Positions 39,787 to 48,807 are shown, counted from the first letter of the stretch. The stretch is 64,000 nucleotides of DNA from Candidatus Micrarchaeota archaeon (GCA_016207165.1 JACQQD010000001.1:1-64000), one strand, 5' to 3'. Notes: generated by a model not told the origin, from the sequence alone. Made by a program: numbers and translations.

Positions 39787-40761
39787 ATGAACCGGCTTTC
39801 CAAGCTCACCAAAATCGTGGCCAAGCAACCCGTGCTTTTGATGTCGTGGAGCACGATGAACCCCAACGCCTACTACTTTACGGGGATCGATGACGACGCG
39901 TTCGCCGTTTTCATGACGAGAAACGAAACCATCGCCTACGGCCACGGAAGCTACGGCTTCGCCGACGAAACCCGTGAACCCAAGGACATGCGTGAACACT
40001 TCTGGGATTACGTCAAAAAACACGGAATCAGGAAAATCGGGGTAGACGAATCCGACGGCGCCCTTTATTCCAGGCTCATCCAAAAAAAAGTGGCGCCCGT
40101 GCCCCTTCACGCCCAGTTCCAGAAAATGCGGGCCGTCAAGGACTCCAGTGAAATCGCGTGCATCCAACGCGCCCAAAAAATCACGAAAAAAACGTTTGAG
40201 GAAGTTCTGCCCCACATGGACGGAAAAACGGAGAACCACGTGGCCGGGTTGCTGGAACTCTCGGCGCGAAAGAAAGGCGCGGCCCTGGACGCGTTCCCGC
40301 CCATCGTGGCATCCGGCCCAAACGGCGCGCAACCCCACGCGCGGCCCGCCAAGCGCATCATCAAGAAAACCGAGTGCACGGTCGTGGATCTGGGCGCCAA
40401 ATACCGCCACTACTGCGGCGATTTTACGTCCACTGTTTTCGAGGGCAAAAACCCGGAGCAAAAAGACGCGGTTTTGGCTGTCTTGGAATCCTACGAGGCG
40501 GCCCGAAAAAAAGCGAAAATCGGCGTGCACGGAAAAACCCTCAACCGCGTCGCCCAAGACGTCATCAAAGAGTACGGCTTCGCGAAGAACAGTTTCGCCG
40601 CCATCGGCCTGCGGTTGGGCCACTCCGTGGGCCTGGAAGTTCACGACGGCTTCGGCGTCGAAGACGTCACACTCAAGAAAGGCATGGCGGTCACCATCGA
40701 ACCCGGAATTTACGTTCCAGGAAAATTCGGCGTGCGTTTTGAAGACATCGTCACCCTGTAG
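39787..40761 (+). CDS. M24-family Xaa-Pro peptidase
   Basis: RAVKD, IVASG, PH, DLGA, YCGDFT, GHSVGLEVHD, TIEPGIY, GVRFED. Confidence 0.94.
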   Translation: MNRLSKLTKIVAKQPVLLMSWSTMNPNAYYFTGIDDDAFAVFMTRNETIAYGHGSYGFADETREPKDMREHFWDYVKKHGIRKIGVDESDGALYSRLIQKKVAPVPLHAQFQKMRAVKDSSEIACIQRAQKITKKTFEEVLPHMDGKTENHVAGLLELSARKKGAALDAFPPIVASGPNGAQPHARPAKRIIKKTECTVVDLGAKYRHYCGDFTSTVFEGKNPEQKDAVLAVLESYEAARKKAKIGVHGKTLNRVAQDVIKEYGFAKNSFAAIGLRLGHSVGLEVHDGFGVEDVTLKKGMAVTIEPGIYVPGKFGVRFEDIVTL

Positions 40762-40796
40762 AAAAGCTATAAAACAGTCACGCCATAACGAAGGCC

Positions 40797-41540
40797 ATGC
40801 CAACCCCCGGGCAGGAAAGAAATCAAACTCAAACCCTCCGGAACGCCCGAAACATTTTGCGTCAGGCGCGACGGCGTCTTCCATCCGAATTGTCCGACCA
40901 AGCGTTGTATCGACTGTCCTCGTACGACCGAGCCCTTGAAGCATTGGCGGAACGCGCCGGAAAATTCAATCACCCCGAGCCAGAAGCCCATGCGAAGTTC
41001 TTGGAGGCCTTGGACGCGGCCCGCCAAGAACACGCGAAAAACACCCAAGCATTCCGAAGGGCCCGCAACGAGGCACTCAAGGCGTTGGCCAGCGAAGAAG
41101 CCGAGCAATTGGCTCGCCCCCGGAAGATTCTTGGGGCCCTGGAACCCGAGGAAGACGCCGTGCGCGAGATTGTGGCCACGCTGCTTGCCCCCCAGTTTTT
41201 AAGAGGCCGCGCCCTGCACAGGCCCATGGAACCCGTCACTCGGCAGGACCACGTCAATTTGGTGCACGCCGTGTTGGCCGTTTACCGCGTCATCCGGGAA
41301 CCGAACAGCCCCCTGCGCGGCCACCCCATCGGAGACAAGCTGTCCAAGCTTCCGGAATGGGTGTACAAGTCCATGAGCCAGGCGTTCGTGCACGTGCGTG
41401 CCGGCCGCGCCGGTGCGGCGTTTGAAGACTCGCGACAGCGGTACCCCAACCCCTACGAACTCCTGAAAACACGGAAGGACCGGCAGCTGGATGACGCGTT
41501 CAAGGAATTGGAAGGCGGCCTGGGTCCCGACGCACCCTGA
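40797..41540 (+). CDS. hypothetical helical protein
   Basis: 247-aa ORF; CTATAAAA box about 25 bp upstream. Confidence 0.65.
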   Translation: MPTPGQERNQTQTLRNARNILRQARRRLPSELSDQALYRLSSYDRALEALAERAGKFNHPEPEAHAKFLEALDAARQEHAKNTQAFRRARNEALKALASEEAEQLARPRKILGALEPEEDAVREIVATLLAPQFLRGRALHRPMEPVTRQDHVNLVHAVLAVYRVIREPNSPLRGHPIGDKLSKLPEWVYKSMSQAFVHVRAGRAGAAFEDSRQRYPNPYELLKTRKDRQLDDAFKELEGGLGPDAP

Positions 41541-41634
41541 AGGCGAAAATACCTTTAAAAGACTTCAAAACCCTTAAGTCTACCAGGTCAACGCCTGATT
41601 TTGCATTCTTTTCCCAAAGGTGGTTTTTAGTCCC

Positions 41635-42027
41635 ATGGTCGACGAACAAGAACAACCCGAAGCGCAAAAAGACGTCGCGGAAGACGAGGAAATGAGCGAG
41701 GAAGAAGAGGAAAGCGAGAGGCTTCCGTTCCCCAACGCGCGCGTCGTCAAAATCATTAAAGACAACCTCAAAAACGAGCACCAAATCAAGAAGGAAGCGC
41801 GGCTGGGCGCCAACCACTTCCTCGGCGAGATTCTGTCCGACGTCGCGCAAAGCATGGACCAAGAGCAATACTTCACGTTGTCCATCGAGCACTTCAACAA
41901 CGCGGCCCGCAAATACCGGGAAATTGGTTTACAGAAGAAACGCATCCAGCGCATCAAGAAAGTCCTGGAAAAACAGCGCGCGGAACTCGATGAAATCATC
42001 GCCGAAATCGACTTGCACACCCAATAG
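41635..42027 (+). CDS. histone-fold protein with acidic N-tail and C-terminal coiled coil
   Basis: LPFPNARVVKIIK...IKKEAR...TLSIEHF histone-fold pattern; AGGTGG RBS. Confidence 0.75.
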   Translation: MVDEQEQPEAQKDVAEDEEMSEEEEESERLPFPNARVVKIIKDNLKNEHQIKKEARLGANHFLGEILSDVAQSMDQEQYFTLSIEHFNNAARKYREIGLQKKRIQRIKKVLEKQRAELDEIIAEIDLHTQ

Positions 42028-42038
42028 GTCCACGACCA

Positions 42039-42893
42039 ATGAGCGACGAGCCGGAAAAGAAAAACGACGCCGCCCCCCGCAAACGACTGGACGCGGCCAA
42101 AGGCAAAGTCGCAGAACTACGCATCCAGAACCGCCAAGCCATCGAGGAAGTCAAGGCCCTCCACGAAAACGCGAAAAAAGAGAAGGAATTGCGCGACGCG
42201 GAAAACCAGGCCGTCAAAAACCTCAAAAAGGCGTGGCAAGACCAAGAGCACGCCGCCGCCCACATCAAGCAAGAGTTGGCCGCCGCCCGAAAGCAAACCG
42301 ACGCGGTTCCACGAGGCCAGAATCCGCAGCGCCTCAAAGCCGAACTGGAACAACTCGAGTGGGTCCAACAAACCGAAGCGCTTTCCAAGCAAGAGGACCG
42401 CGAAATCTCCAAAAAAGTCAAGGCCATCCTCAAGGCGCTACCCGAAGCCGAAACAGCGTCGGGAACGTTCCAGAAAATCCGGGAACTGGAGAAAACGCTG
42501 TACGCGGCCAACGACTCGGCGCGAAAGACGCGCCAGGAAATGAGCCAGCACGCCAAGAAAAGCGATGACCACCACAAAAACCACGTCACCCTCCTAAAGA
42601 AAGCCAATTCATTGTCCAAGAAGATCACGGAACGCTTCAAGGAACTGGATGAAAAACGCGCGGCGTTGATGGAAGAAGAACAGAAAATCCGGGACGAACG
42701 CAAAGCCGAACGCGACTCGGCGAAAGCGGACCGCGAAGCACTCAAAACAGAGCGCCAGCACGCCAACACCAAAGCCCGCGAAAAAGCCAGGCTCCTCGCC
42801 GGCAAAGTCCTGGAAAAAATCAAGAACGGCGGCAAACTCACGTTGGAAGACCTCCAAATCATCCAGGAAGCCGGCATTGACTTGACGGCGTGA
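42039..42893 (+). CDS. archaeal coiled-coil protein (COG1340-like)
   Basis: LEQLEWVQQTEALSKQEDRE and C-terminal GGKLTLEDL motifs. Confidence 0.85.
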   Translation: MSDEPEKKNDAAPRKRLDAAKGKVAELRIQNRQAIEEVKALHENAKKEKELRDAENQAVKNLKKAWQDQEHAAAHIKQELAAARKQTDAVPRGQNPQRLKAELEQLEWVQQTEALSKQEDREISKKVKAILKALPEAETASGTFQKIRELEKTLYAANDSARKTRQEMSQHAKKSDDHHKNHVTLLKKANSLSKKITERFKELDEKRAALMEEEQKIRDERKAERDSAKADREALKTERQHANTKAREKARLLAGKVLEKIKNGGKLTLEDLQIIQEAGIDLTA

Positions 42894-42902
42894 ACCGCCG
42901 CC

Positions 42903-43784
42903 ATGGCCAATATCACTGTTGTGGGCGCTGGAGGCGTCGGCGCGCAAACCCTGCTTGAACTCTCCAACGCATCCACCCGGCACACCATCAACGTCATTGA
43001 CCGCGACGTCGTTGAAGAATCAGGCCTTGCCCGCCAACGGCTTTACACGAAAAGCGACGTCGGCAAACTCAAAGCCCACGCCGCTCAAGAAAGACTCGGC
43101 GTCCATGGCATTGACGCCCACCTCAATGAAGACAACGCCGACGAGTTGCTCAAGGGCGCCGACGCGGTTTTGGATTGCACCGACAACTGGCAAACGCGCT
43201 GCGCGATGAACGCGTGGGCCCTGAAAACCAAGAAGCCATGGGTTTTCACGTCCGCCATCCGCGACGAATCCATGGCTACAACCCTCGCCCCCCAAACGCC
43301 TTGCTTCGTCTGCTGGAACCCGGAACCCAAAACCCCGCGGTCATGCCGCATTGAAGGAATCCGAGAAGAAACCACGCGCATCGCCGCGCAAACCCAAGTC
43401 CAAGAACTTCGGCAACTCCTTCAAAAAAAACCGCGACTCGCCGGCGTCCTGCAATACACGAATGCCACCACGAAAACCTGTGCCACGACGCGCATCAAGA
43501 AGAACCCGAACTGCCCCGCCTGCGTGAAAAAAACATTCCAAACCCCGAAAACCAATGCCGCCCTGCTTTGCGGCGACGGGGAATACTTGTTTGAAACCGG
43601 CGTTTCTTTCACGAAAGACGCGCTTTCGTCGTTAAACCCCAAGCCATTTGGCGACGTGATGAAAATCCGGTTCCGAAAAGGCGAACTCGTCGTTTTCTCT
43701 ACAGGCCGCATCCTGAGTCGCGGCCTAAGCCAACGCCAGGCCGAAGCGGCCGTGGAGCACATCAAACAAAAACAAGAAAACTAA
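42903..43784 (+). CDS. ThiF/MoeB/E1-like adenylyltransferase
   Basis: VVGAGGVG, DRDVVEES..RQ, DCTDN, PCFVC, CPAC. Confidence 0.92.
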   Translation: MANITVVGAGGVGAQTLLELSNASTRHTINVIDRDVVEESGLARQRLYTKSDVGKLKAHAAQERLGVHGIDAHLNEDNADELLKGADAVLDCTDNWQTRCAMNAWALKTKKPWVFTSAIRDESMATTLAPQTPCFVCWNPEPKTPRSCRIEGIREETTRIAAQTQVQELRQLLQKKPRLAGVLQYTNATTKTCATTRIKKNPNCPACVKKTFQTPKTNAALLCGDGEYLFETGVSFTKDALSSLNPKPFGDVMKIRFRKGELVVFSTGRILSRGLSQRQAEAAVEHIKQKQEN

Positions 43785-43812
43785 CACGGCGCCTCACGCG
43801 GCCGAAAGAGTT

Positions 43813-43834
43813 AAATAAGTGGGCCCACTTATTT
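43813..43834. promoter_or_regulatory. 22-bp perfect palindrome overlapping TATA (TA operator)
   Basis: AAATAAGTGGG|CCCACTTATTT ending 4 bp before the antitoxin ATG. Confidence 0.75.
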
Positions 43835-43838
43835 TTGC

Positions 43839-44066
43839 ATGACGAACATCACGTTGTCGGTGAACGACGCGGTTTACAAAAAAATGAAGAACCACTCGGA
43901 AATCAAGTGGAGTGAGTTCGTGCGGAAAGCCATCCAACAGAGAATCGAGGAACTGGAAAAAGTGTCACCTGAAAAAAAAGAAAGCCTGTTGACCATGCTG
44001 GCCTCACAAGACGTTCTGAAGAAGGATTGGGACAACAAAAAGGACGCGCGGTGGGACCGTGTTTGA
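43839..44066 (+). CDS. ribbon-helix-helix antitoxin
   Basis: NITLSVNDAVYKKM...IKWSEFVRKAI; C-terminal LKKDWDNKKDARW; overlaps mazF. Confidence 0.88.
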   Translation: MTNITLSVNDAVYKKMKNHSEIKWSEFVRKAIQQRIEELEKVSPEKKESLLTMLASQDVLKKDWDNKKDARWDRV

Positions 44067-44391
44067 CCAAAACGAAGTAGTGCTGGTTCCATTCCCATTT
44101 TCTGACTTAACGGGCACCAAACAGCGGCCGGCACTGGTCATCTCCAACGACAAAGTCAATAAAAGCGAGGACCGCATATGCTGCCTAATCACCAGCAATG
44201 CACCAAAGGACGGCGTCTTGGTTTCGTCCACCGCCCTCCGACAGGGAAGCCTTCCCTTCAAAAGCTGGGTAAAGCCGCAACGCATTTTCACAGTGAGCCA
44301 ACGCCTCATCAGAAAGAGAATCTGTACCGTCAGCAACGAATTTCACGAAGACATCCTCGCGAAACTCGCTGGCTATCTAAAACGACTGTGA
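44059..44391 (+). CDS. mazF: PemK/MazF endoribonuclease toxin
   Basis: VVLVPFPFSDLTGTKQRPALVISN, ITS, S.VK...IFT. Confidence 0.93.
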   Translation: MFDQNEVVLVPFPFSDLTGTKQRPALVISNDKVNKSEDRICCLITSNAPKDGVLVSSTALRQGSLPFKSWVKPQRIFTVSQRLIRKRICTVSNEFHEDILAKLAGYLKRL

Positions 44392-44434
44392 CTGGGGACG
44401 GCGCCACACCGCGACCCTCCAACGAAAAAAAGAG

Positions 44435-44551
44435 AGCAGGGACGGGGAGTCGAACCCCGCTACCCCGCTTTACGCCCACGCTAACCCATCAAAAAACGAG
44501 TTCAGCGACATAAGCCTGCAGGCGGGTACATGGCCGCTCTGTCATCCCTGC
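44435..44551 (-). tRNA. tRNA-Cys(GCA) with 46-nt intron (44470-44515)
   Basis: GCAGGGA/TCCCTGC acceptor, U73, CCCGC/GCGGG anticodon stem, CT-GCA-G, GGTTCGACT T-loop. Confidence 0.92.
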
Positions 44552-44579
44552 GCCACCCATAACATGCCCAACCCGCGTT

Positions 44580-45347
44580 TTATTTCTTTCCACCCGAACC
44601 GCCGCCAAACAAAAACCGGCTCAACTCGTCAAACCCATCCTCAACCAATCCAGGCAAAAGCACCACGGCATACAACGCGCCCGCCAAGGCTCCAGCCAAG
44701 TGCACCCAGAAATCCGGTTGCGCGGAGGCCTCCTTGGCTCGCGCCTGTTTTTGTTCCTCCAAAGAAACAACGACGCGATCCGCCTCCGCCCGCGCCTCTT
44801 CCGCCTCGACGGCTTGGCCGCGTTCCTCCAAGTCCGCGGCACGTTGCTCCAACGCCTCGGCCTTGACTTCCATCTGCGAAAACGAGGACGACGTTGCGGC
44901 GTCAAGCAACGGCAGAACCACGAACATGGAAAGAAGGGGCACGCCCAACAACAAAACCGCCGCCACCTTGGGACGCACCAAGGCGCCGGCCGCCATCAAC
45001 CCCGCCACACCCCCGGAGGCGCCCGCCAAAAGAGAACCCGGAGACAAAAAAGCGAACGCCAACGCGGCCAAAAAACCCGACAAGAAAAACACGGCCACCA
45101 CGTGGCGGCCGGAGGCCGCGGACTCCAACAAAACCGCGAAAAACACCAAGGGCACCAAGTTGCCGGCCAAATGCTGGACCCCCAAATGATACCCCACGTA
45201 AAACAGCAACGCCAACGGATTCTGGGCGCCAAACGCGTTCTGCGACAACGTCACCACGTCCGGGTACCAGTTGCCGCCCGAAGAAAACGCGTACACGGCC
45301 ACCAATGCGGCGACCAACAACGCCGACGCCCACGGAACCTTGAACAT
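44580..45347 (-). CDS. rhomboid intramembrane serine protease
   Basis: HLGVQHLAGN, LE, GASGG (catalytic Ser), HLAGALAG (catalytic His). Confidence 0.88.
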   Translation of the reverse strand: MFKVPWASALLVAALVAVYAFSSGGNWYPDVVTLSQNAFGAQNPLALLFYVGYHLGVQHLAGNLVPLVFFAVLLESAASGRHVVAVFFLSGFLAALAFAFLSPGSLLAGASGGVAGLMAAGALVRPKVAAVLLLGVPLLSMFVVLPLLDAATSSSFSQMEVKAEALEQRAADLEERGQAVEAEEARAEADRVVVSLEEQKQARAKEASAQPDFWVHLAGALAGALYAVVLLPGLVEDGFDELSRFLFGGGSGGKK

Positions 45348-45553
45348 AGGAAACAGGAAAGACAAGGCCCGCCAATAAAAAACGCGCGAAACGCCAACCA
45401 AAGACTAGGGTTCGAAGAGAATTAGGCCAGCCCCCACACGGGAGCTGGCAGGGCGACCAGTTTAACCCACCTTCACAGAATACGTAAAGATTGAGACGAA
45501 AGCGCGCAATAAAAGGGTTTCGGGTTTAAAAACCCTTCGAAACAAAGCACGCC

Positions 45554-46747
45554 GTGGCAAAAAAAAAGTGGAGTAGCCGGCGCCGGGTGTCCGAGCGGGC
45601 GCGGGCCGTGGTCTTGGACATGGACGGCATCCTGGTGCGCGAAGACGCGGCACTGGCGTTCTTCCAACGCCAAGGCCTGGAAACGGAGTTCTGGAGACAA
45701 CGGGACTTGACCAACGCCGCATTCAGCAACCGAGGCAATCGGCGGGACGTGGAGCGCTTTCGCCGCCAAGTCAATCGGATCAACCGCGCCTTGTTTCCCG
45801 GTGCCGCACCGGAAGAACTGGAGCGCCACAACCATTTGTACCCCGGCGCCGTCATGAAGACGCTGTTGCACCAACTCATCCTCCAACGCAAAAACCGGGG
45901 AAACCCGCTGCATGTTGACGAGCTTAGGGACATTGGCCGAACCGCGGGCCTCATGCCCGGCGCCGCCAAACTCATCGCGTACCTGAAAAATCATCCGCAC
46001 GTGCGAAGCCGAATCTACATCAACACCGCCGCCTACCAACCCATCGCTGAAGAAGTCGCCGCGCGCCTGGGCATCCCAAAAAGCCACGTGTTTGGCACCC
46101 CCGTGGACGTAAACCGGGACGGCCACGTCCTGGGCATGCCCACGGAAGCCAACATCATGCGGTTCAAGCGCCAGCCCCTGGCCGCCATCATTCGGCACTC
46201 CCGCGTGCCCCGCCGACGCATGGTCGCCGTCGGCGACAGCGCCACCGACTTGGAATTTCTCACGGCCGTCTCAATTCCAGGCACCGGCATCGGACACCGG
46301 TTTGATCCAACCACCGGAGAAAAGAAGCGTGTGACAATGCCCTCGCGCCAAGGCGGCATCGCCATCGCACACAACCCAAGCCAAGACATGCTGGAACGCA
46401 TCCGCCGGGGCGGGCCCTTGTTTGGCCGCGGCATGACGCTTTCCTTGTTCTTGACGCCCATCGGGGACCAGGACCATCCCACCCACCCCAATGCCGTGGT
46501 CGCCGCCGCCCACCGCTTGGATCGAATCACCCCCATATTCCGCGCCGTCTTGAAAAGCAGGGACCCAAAAAAGCAGGGCAAAGCCCTGGTGAAGCTGGTT
46601 GAAGAAAGTCAAGCGCGCCGCGAGTCGGAAGACCAACCCATTTTTGCGTTCGCGAACCGCGAAGTGGGCCCGGACTACGAAAGTCAAATTGGAAGAATCC
46701 GCAAGCGCGCCCGAGGCGCCGTGGCCGAGAAGACGACGAGAGACTAG
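45554..46747 (+). CDS. HAD-superfamily hydrolase (divergent)
   Basis: LDMDG, LMPGA, INTAAY, VAVGDSATD, GGIAIAHN. Confidence 0.8.
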   Translation: MAKKKWSSRRRVSERARAVVLDMDGILVREDAALAFFQRQGLETEFWRQRDLTNAAFSNRGNRRDVERFRRQVNRINRALFPGAAPEELERHNHLYPGAVMKTLLHQLILQRKNRGNPLHVDELRDIGRTAGLMPGAAKLIAYLKNHPHVRSRIYINTAAYQPIAEEVAARLGIPKSHVFGTPVDVNRDGHVLGMPTEANIMRFKRQPLAAIIRHSRVPRRRMVAVGDSATDLEFLTAVSIPGTGIGHRFDPTTGEKKRVTMPSRQGGIAIAHNPSQDMLERIRRGGPLFGRGMTLSLFLTPIGDQDHPTHPNAVVAAAHRLDRITPIFRAVLKSRDPKKQGKALVKLVEESQARRESEDQPIFAFANREVGPDYESQIGRIRKRARGAVAEKTTRD

Positions 46748-46762
46748 GGCAAACGGGAAAGA

Positions 46763-46880
46763 CGGGCCCGGTGGGATTTGGACCCACGACATTTCGGTCA
46801 CTCTGGAGGACGCGGTTGCCAGTACGGCAACCGCTTCGCGCTTAAGAGCCGAACGCTCTGCCAAGCTGAGCTACGGGCCC
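46763..46880 (-). tRNA. tRNA-Lys(CTT) with 44-nt intron (46799-46842)
   Basis: GGGCCCG/CGGGCCC acceptor, GCTC/GAGC D stem, TTCGG/CCGAA anticodon stem, CT-CTT-A; intron contains the hairpin GCGGTTGCC...GGCAACCGC. Confidence 0.93.
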
Positions 46881-46976
46881 ACAAACCAACACAAGCACTA
46901 ACCGTCGTTGCATTGGTTTGACAGAAAAAACGTTGTTCGGACCCTGGTTTATATGCGTTGTTTTCCCCGGTGCGTT

Positions 46977-47182
46977 GACTATAGCAAACCTCGAAAGTCT
47001 CGCAAGACTTGAGAGCCGTTTCTTGCAAGTCGGCACGACTTGCAAGGTCTTGGAAGCCGCAGCTTCCAAGGCCACACAAGTTCCGCCGAACTTGTGATGC
47101 CACACAAATCGCAACGGCGATTTGTGCTGTGCTAGATAGTCGTCCACGACTATTTCGTCGTCTTGTTTTCGTGGACGACTAT
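46977..47182 (+). ncRNA. candidate structured ncRNA: tandem array of 5-6 hairpins inside a closing stem
   Basis: Perfect stems at 46995-47010, 47022-47046, 47049-47070, 47075-47096, 47103-47126 and 47136-47153; TTTATAT box at 46948-46954. The structure is certain from the sequence; RNA function is inferred. Confidence 0.55.
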
Positions 47183-47215
47183 AAATACACAAAACACGAA
47201 TACTCCGTGACGCAC

Positions 47216-47671
47216 ATGGAACACCCGTACGGCCCGCTTCTTGAACACTTCGGAAACGGCAAAGCGCAGTTCAAAGTGCAGCGGCACGCACGCGGGCCCT
47301 TGTTGGTGTTCACCGCAAGAACCCCGGAAGAAAAATCCGCGCTTTGGAACGAGGTCAAACGCGTTCGGGCAAAACTTAGGCAGACAGAACAAGAAGCGCC
47401 GAAACCGCAAGCACGACCCGCCGGCCTGTTCCAGCGAGTTTTTGGAATTGGAAGACAAAAAGAAACGCCGCAGGCACCCGCAGTTCAAAAGCATGAAGAA
47501 CCCAAGCTCCGTGAAAAGCCCAAAAACCCCGACGAACAGCTCCGCCAAGAGCTGGAGGCGTTGGCCCGCGACGTGTTTCCATCCGCGACACACTACGCCG
47601 ACGTCACCAAAGGGGTGTTGGCGCCCGGCACATTCACGTTGGAAGTGGCGCGGAGATTCAACGGGCCATGA
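47216..47671 (+). CDS. hypothetical protein
   Basis: ATG about 30 bp below TATAAATA (47180-47187); ATGA overlap with trm56. Confidence 0.65.
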   Translation: MEHPYGPLLEHFGNGKAQFKVQRHARGPLLVFTARTPEEKSALWNEVKRVRAKLRQTEQEAPKPQARPAGLFQRVFGIGRQKETPQAPAVQKHEEPKLREKPKNPDEQLRQELEALARDVFPSATHYADVTKGVLAPGTFTLEVARRFNGP

Positions 47672-48180
47672 TCACCGTCCTGCGACTGGGCCACCGCAAA
47701 GACCGCGACAAGCGCGCCAGCATGCACGTGGCGCTGGTCGCGCGGGCACTGGGGGCCGACGGAATCGTGTTCTGCGGCGAAAAAGACGACGCACTGCTTG
47801 AACGCGTCAACGCCGTCTCCAAAAAATGGGGCGGAAAATTTCGCGCGACGTTTTCCGCGTCCTACCGGACCACGATCAAGAAATTCCCCGGCACGAAAGT
47901 GCATTTGACCATGTACGGGAAACCCGTCCAAGGCGCCGCGCCCGCGCTGGCGGGAAAAAAGTTGCTGGTGGTCGTGGGATCTGAGAAAGTGCCCCGCGAC
48001 GTCTACGCCTTGTGCGATTGCAACGTGGCGGTGACGAACCAACCGCACTCGGAAATTGCGGCGTTGGCGTTGTTTTTGCGCGAAGTGCTTGGAAAAAAAG
48101 CGTTTGAAAAAAAATTTCCAGGGGCCCAAGTCACGATTTTGCCTTCGGAAAAAGGAAAAAACGTGAAAAAGTATAAATAG
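47668..48180 (+). CDS. trm56: tRNA (cytidine56-2'-O)-methyltransferase
   Basis: VLRLGHRKDRDKR, HVALVARALGA, VHLTMYG, VGSEKVP, NQPHSE. Confidence 0.96.
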   Translation: MITVLRLGHRKDRDKRASMHVALVARALGADGIVFCGEKDDALLERVNAVSKKWGGKFRATFSASYRTTIKKFPGTKVHLTMYGKPVQGAAPALAGKKLLVVVGSEKVPRDVYALCDCNVAVTNQPHSEIAALALFLREVLGKKAFEKKFPGAQVTILPSEKGKNVKKYK

Positions 48181-48202
48181 CCAGGGTCGTAAAAGGCAAC
48201 GT

Positions 48203-48748
48203 ATGGCGCGGCGAGATAAATCGGACCCTACACTGGAACAAATCCACGCCTACGCCTTGGAAGTGTGCGGCGACCGCGGCTTGCGCGTCGCCCAAACCGT
48301 CGGCGACGGGGCGACGGATGAAAAAATCGAGAAGAAAACCAAGTTCAAAGTCGCCGAAATCCGCGCCGTGCTCAACCAACTCCACGAACACGGCATCGTC
48401 GAGTACACGCGCGAAAAGAATTTGGAGAACGGGTGGTTCACGTACACGTGGCGCATCAACCCCGACCGCGCCATGCGCAACTTTTTGTCCGCGAAAAAAC
48501 AGCAACACCAGAAACTCATGCGGCAAATGGCCGGCGAAGAAAGCAAGCTCTTCTATTCCTGCAGAAGAAAATGCATGCGCATTGCGTTTGACGACGCCAT
48601 GGAATCCGACTTCCGCTGCCCGGAGTGCCAAGGCAAGATGCGGTTTGCCAGCAACGACGGCGAATTGAAGGCACTGGAACAAAAAATTTCCGCGTTGGAG
48701 CAAATCCTGTTGCCCACCCACAACGGATTCCAGTCGCCCGAAGCGTAA
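48203..48748 (+). CDS. tfe: transcription factor E alpha
   Basis: TDEKI...EIRAVLNQL...GWFTYTW, FYSC...C, AMESDFRCPEC. Confidence 0.94.
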   Translation: MARRDKSDPTLEQIHAYALEVCGDRGLRVAQTVGDGATDEKIEKKTKFKVAEIRAVLNQLHEHGIVEYTREKNLENGWFTYTWRINPDRAMRNFLSAKKQQHQKLMRQMAGEESKLFYSCRRKCMRIAFDDAMESDFRCPECQGKMRFASNDGELKALEQKISALEQILLPTHNGFQSPEA

Positions 48749-48807
48749 CCGGGAAACGTTTATAACCCGACTTGGCCACACGATACAACACAACGAACTC
48801 TTTTTGC

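Noticed and set aside
43839-46880. Integrated element at tRNA-Cys/tRNA-Lys (TA pair next to tRNA)
   Set aside because: No integrase and no duplicated tRNA 3' end (att site) found.
46995-47153. Hairpin array as a CRISPR array
   Set aside because: Units are not identical repeats, there are no spacer-length unique segments, and no cas genes are in the window.
47009-47215. N-terminal extension of the 220-aa ORF in the track
   Set aside because: TTG start running through the hairpin array; a TATA box at 47180 supports the ATG at 47216.
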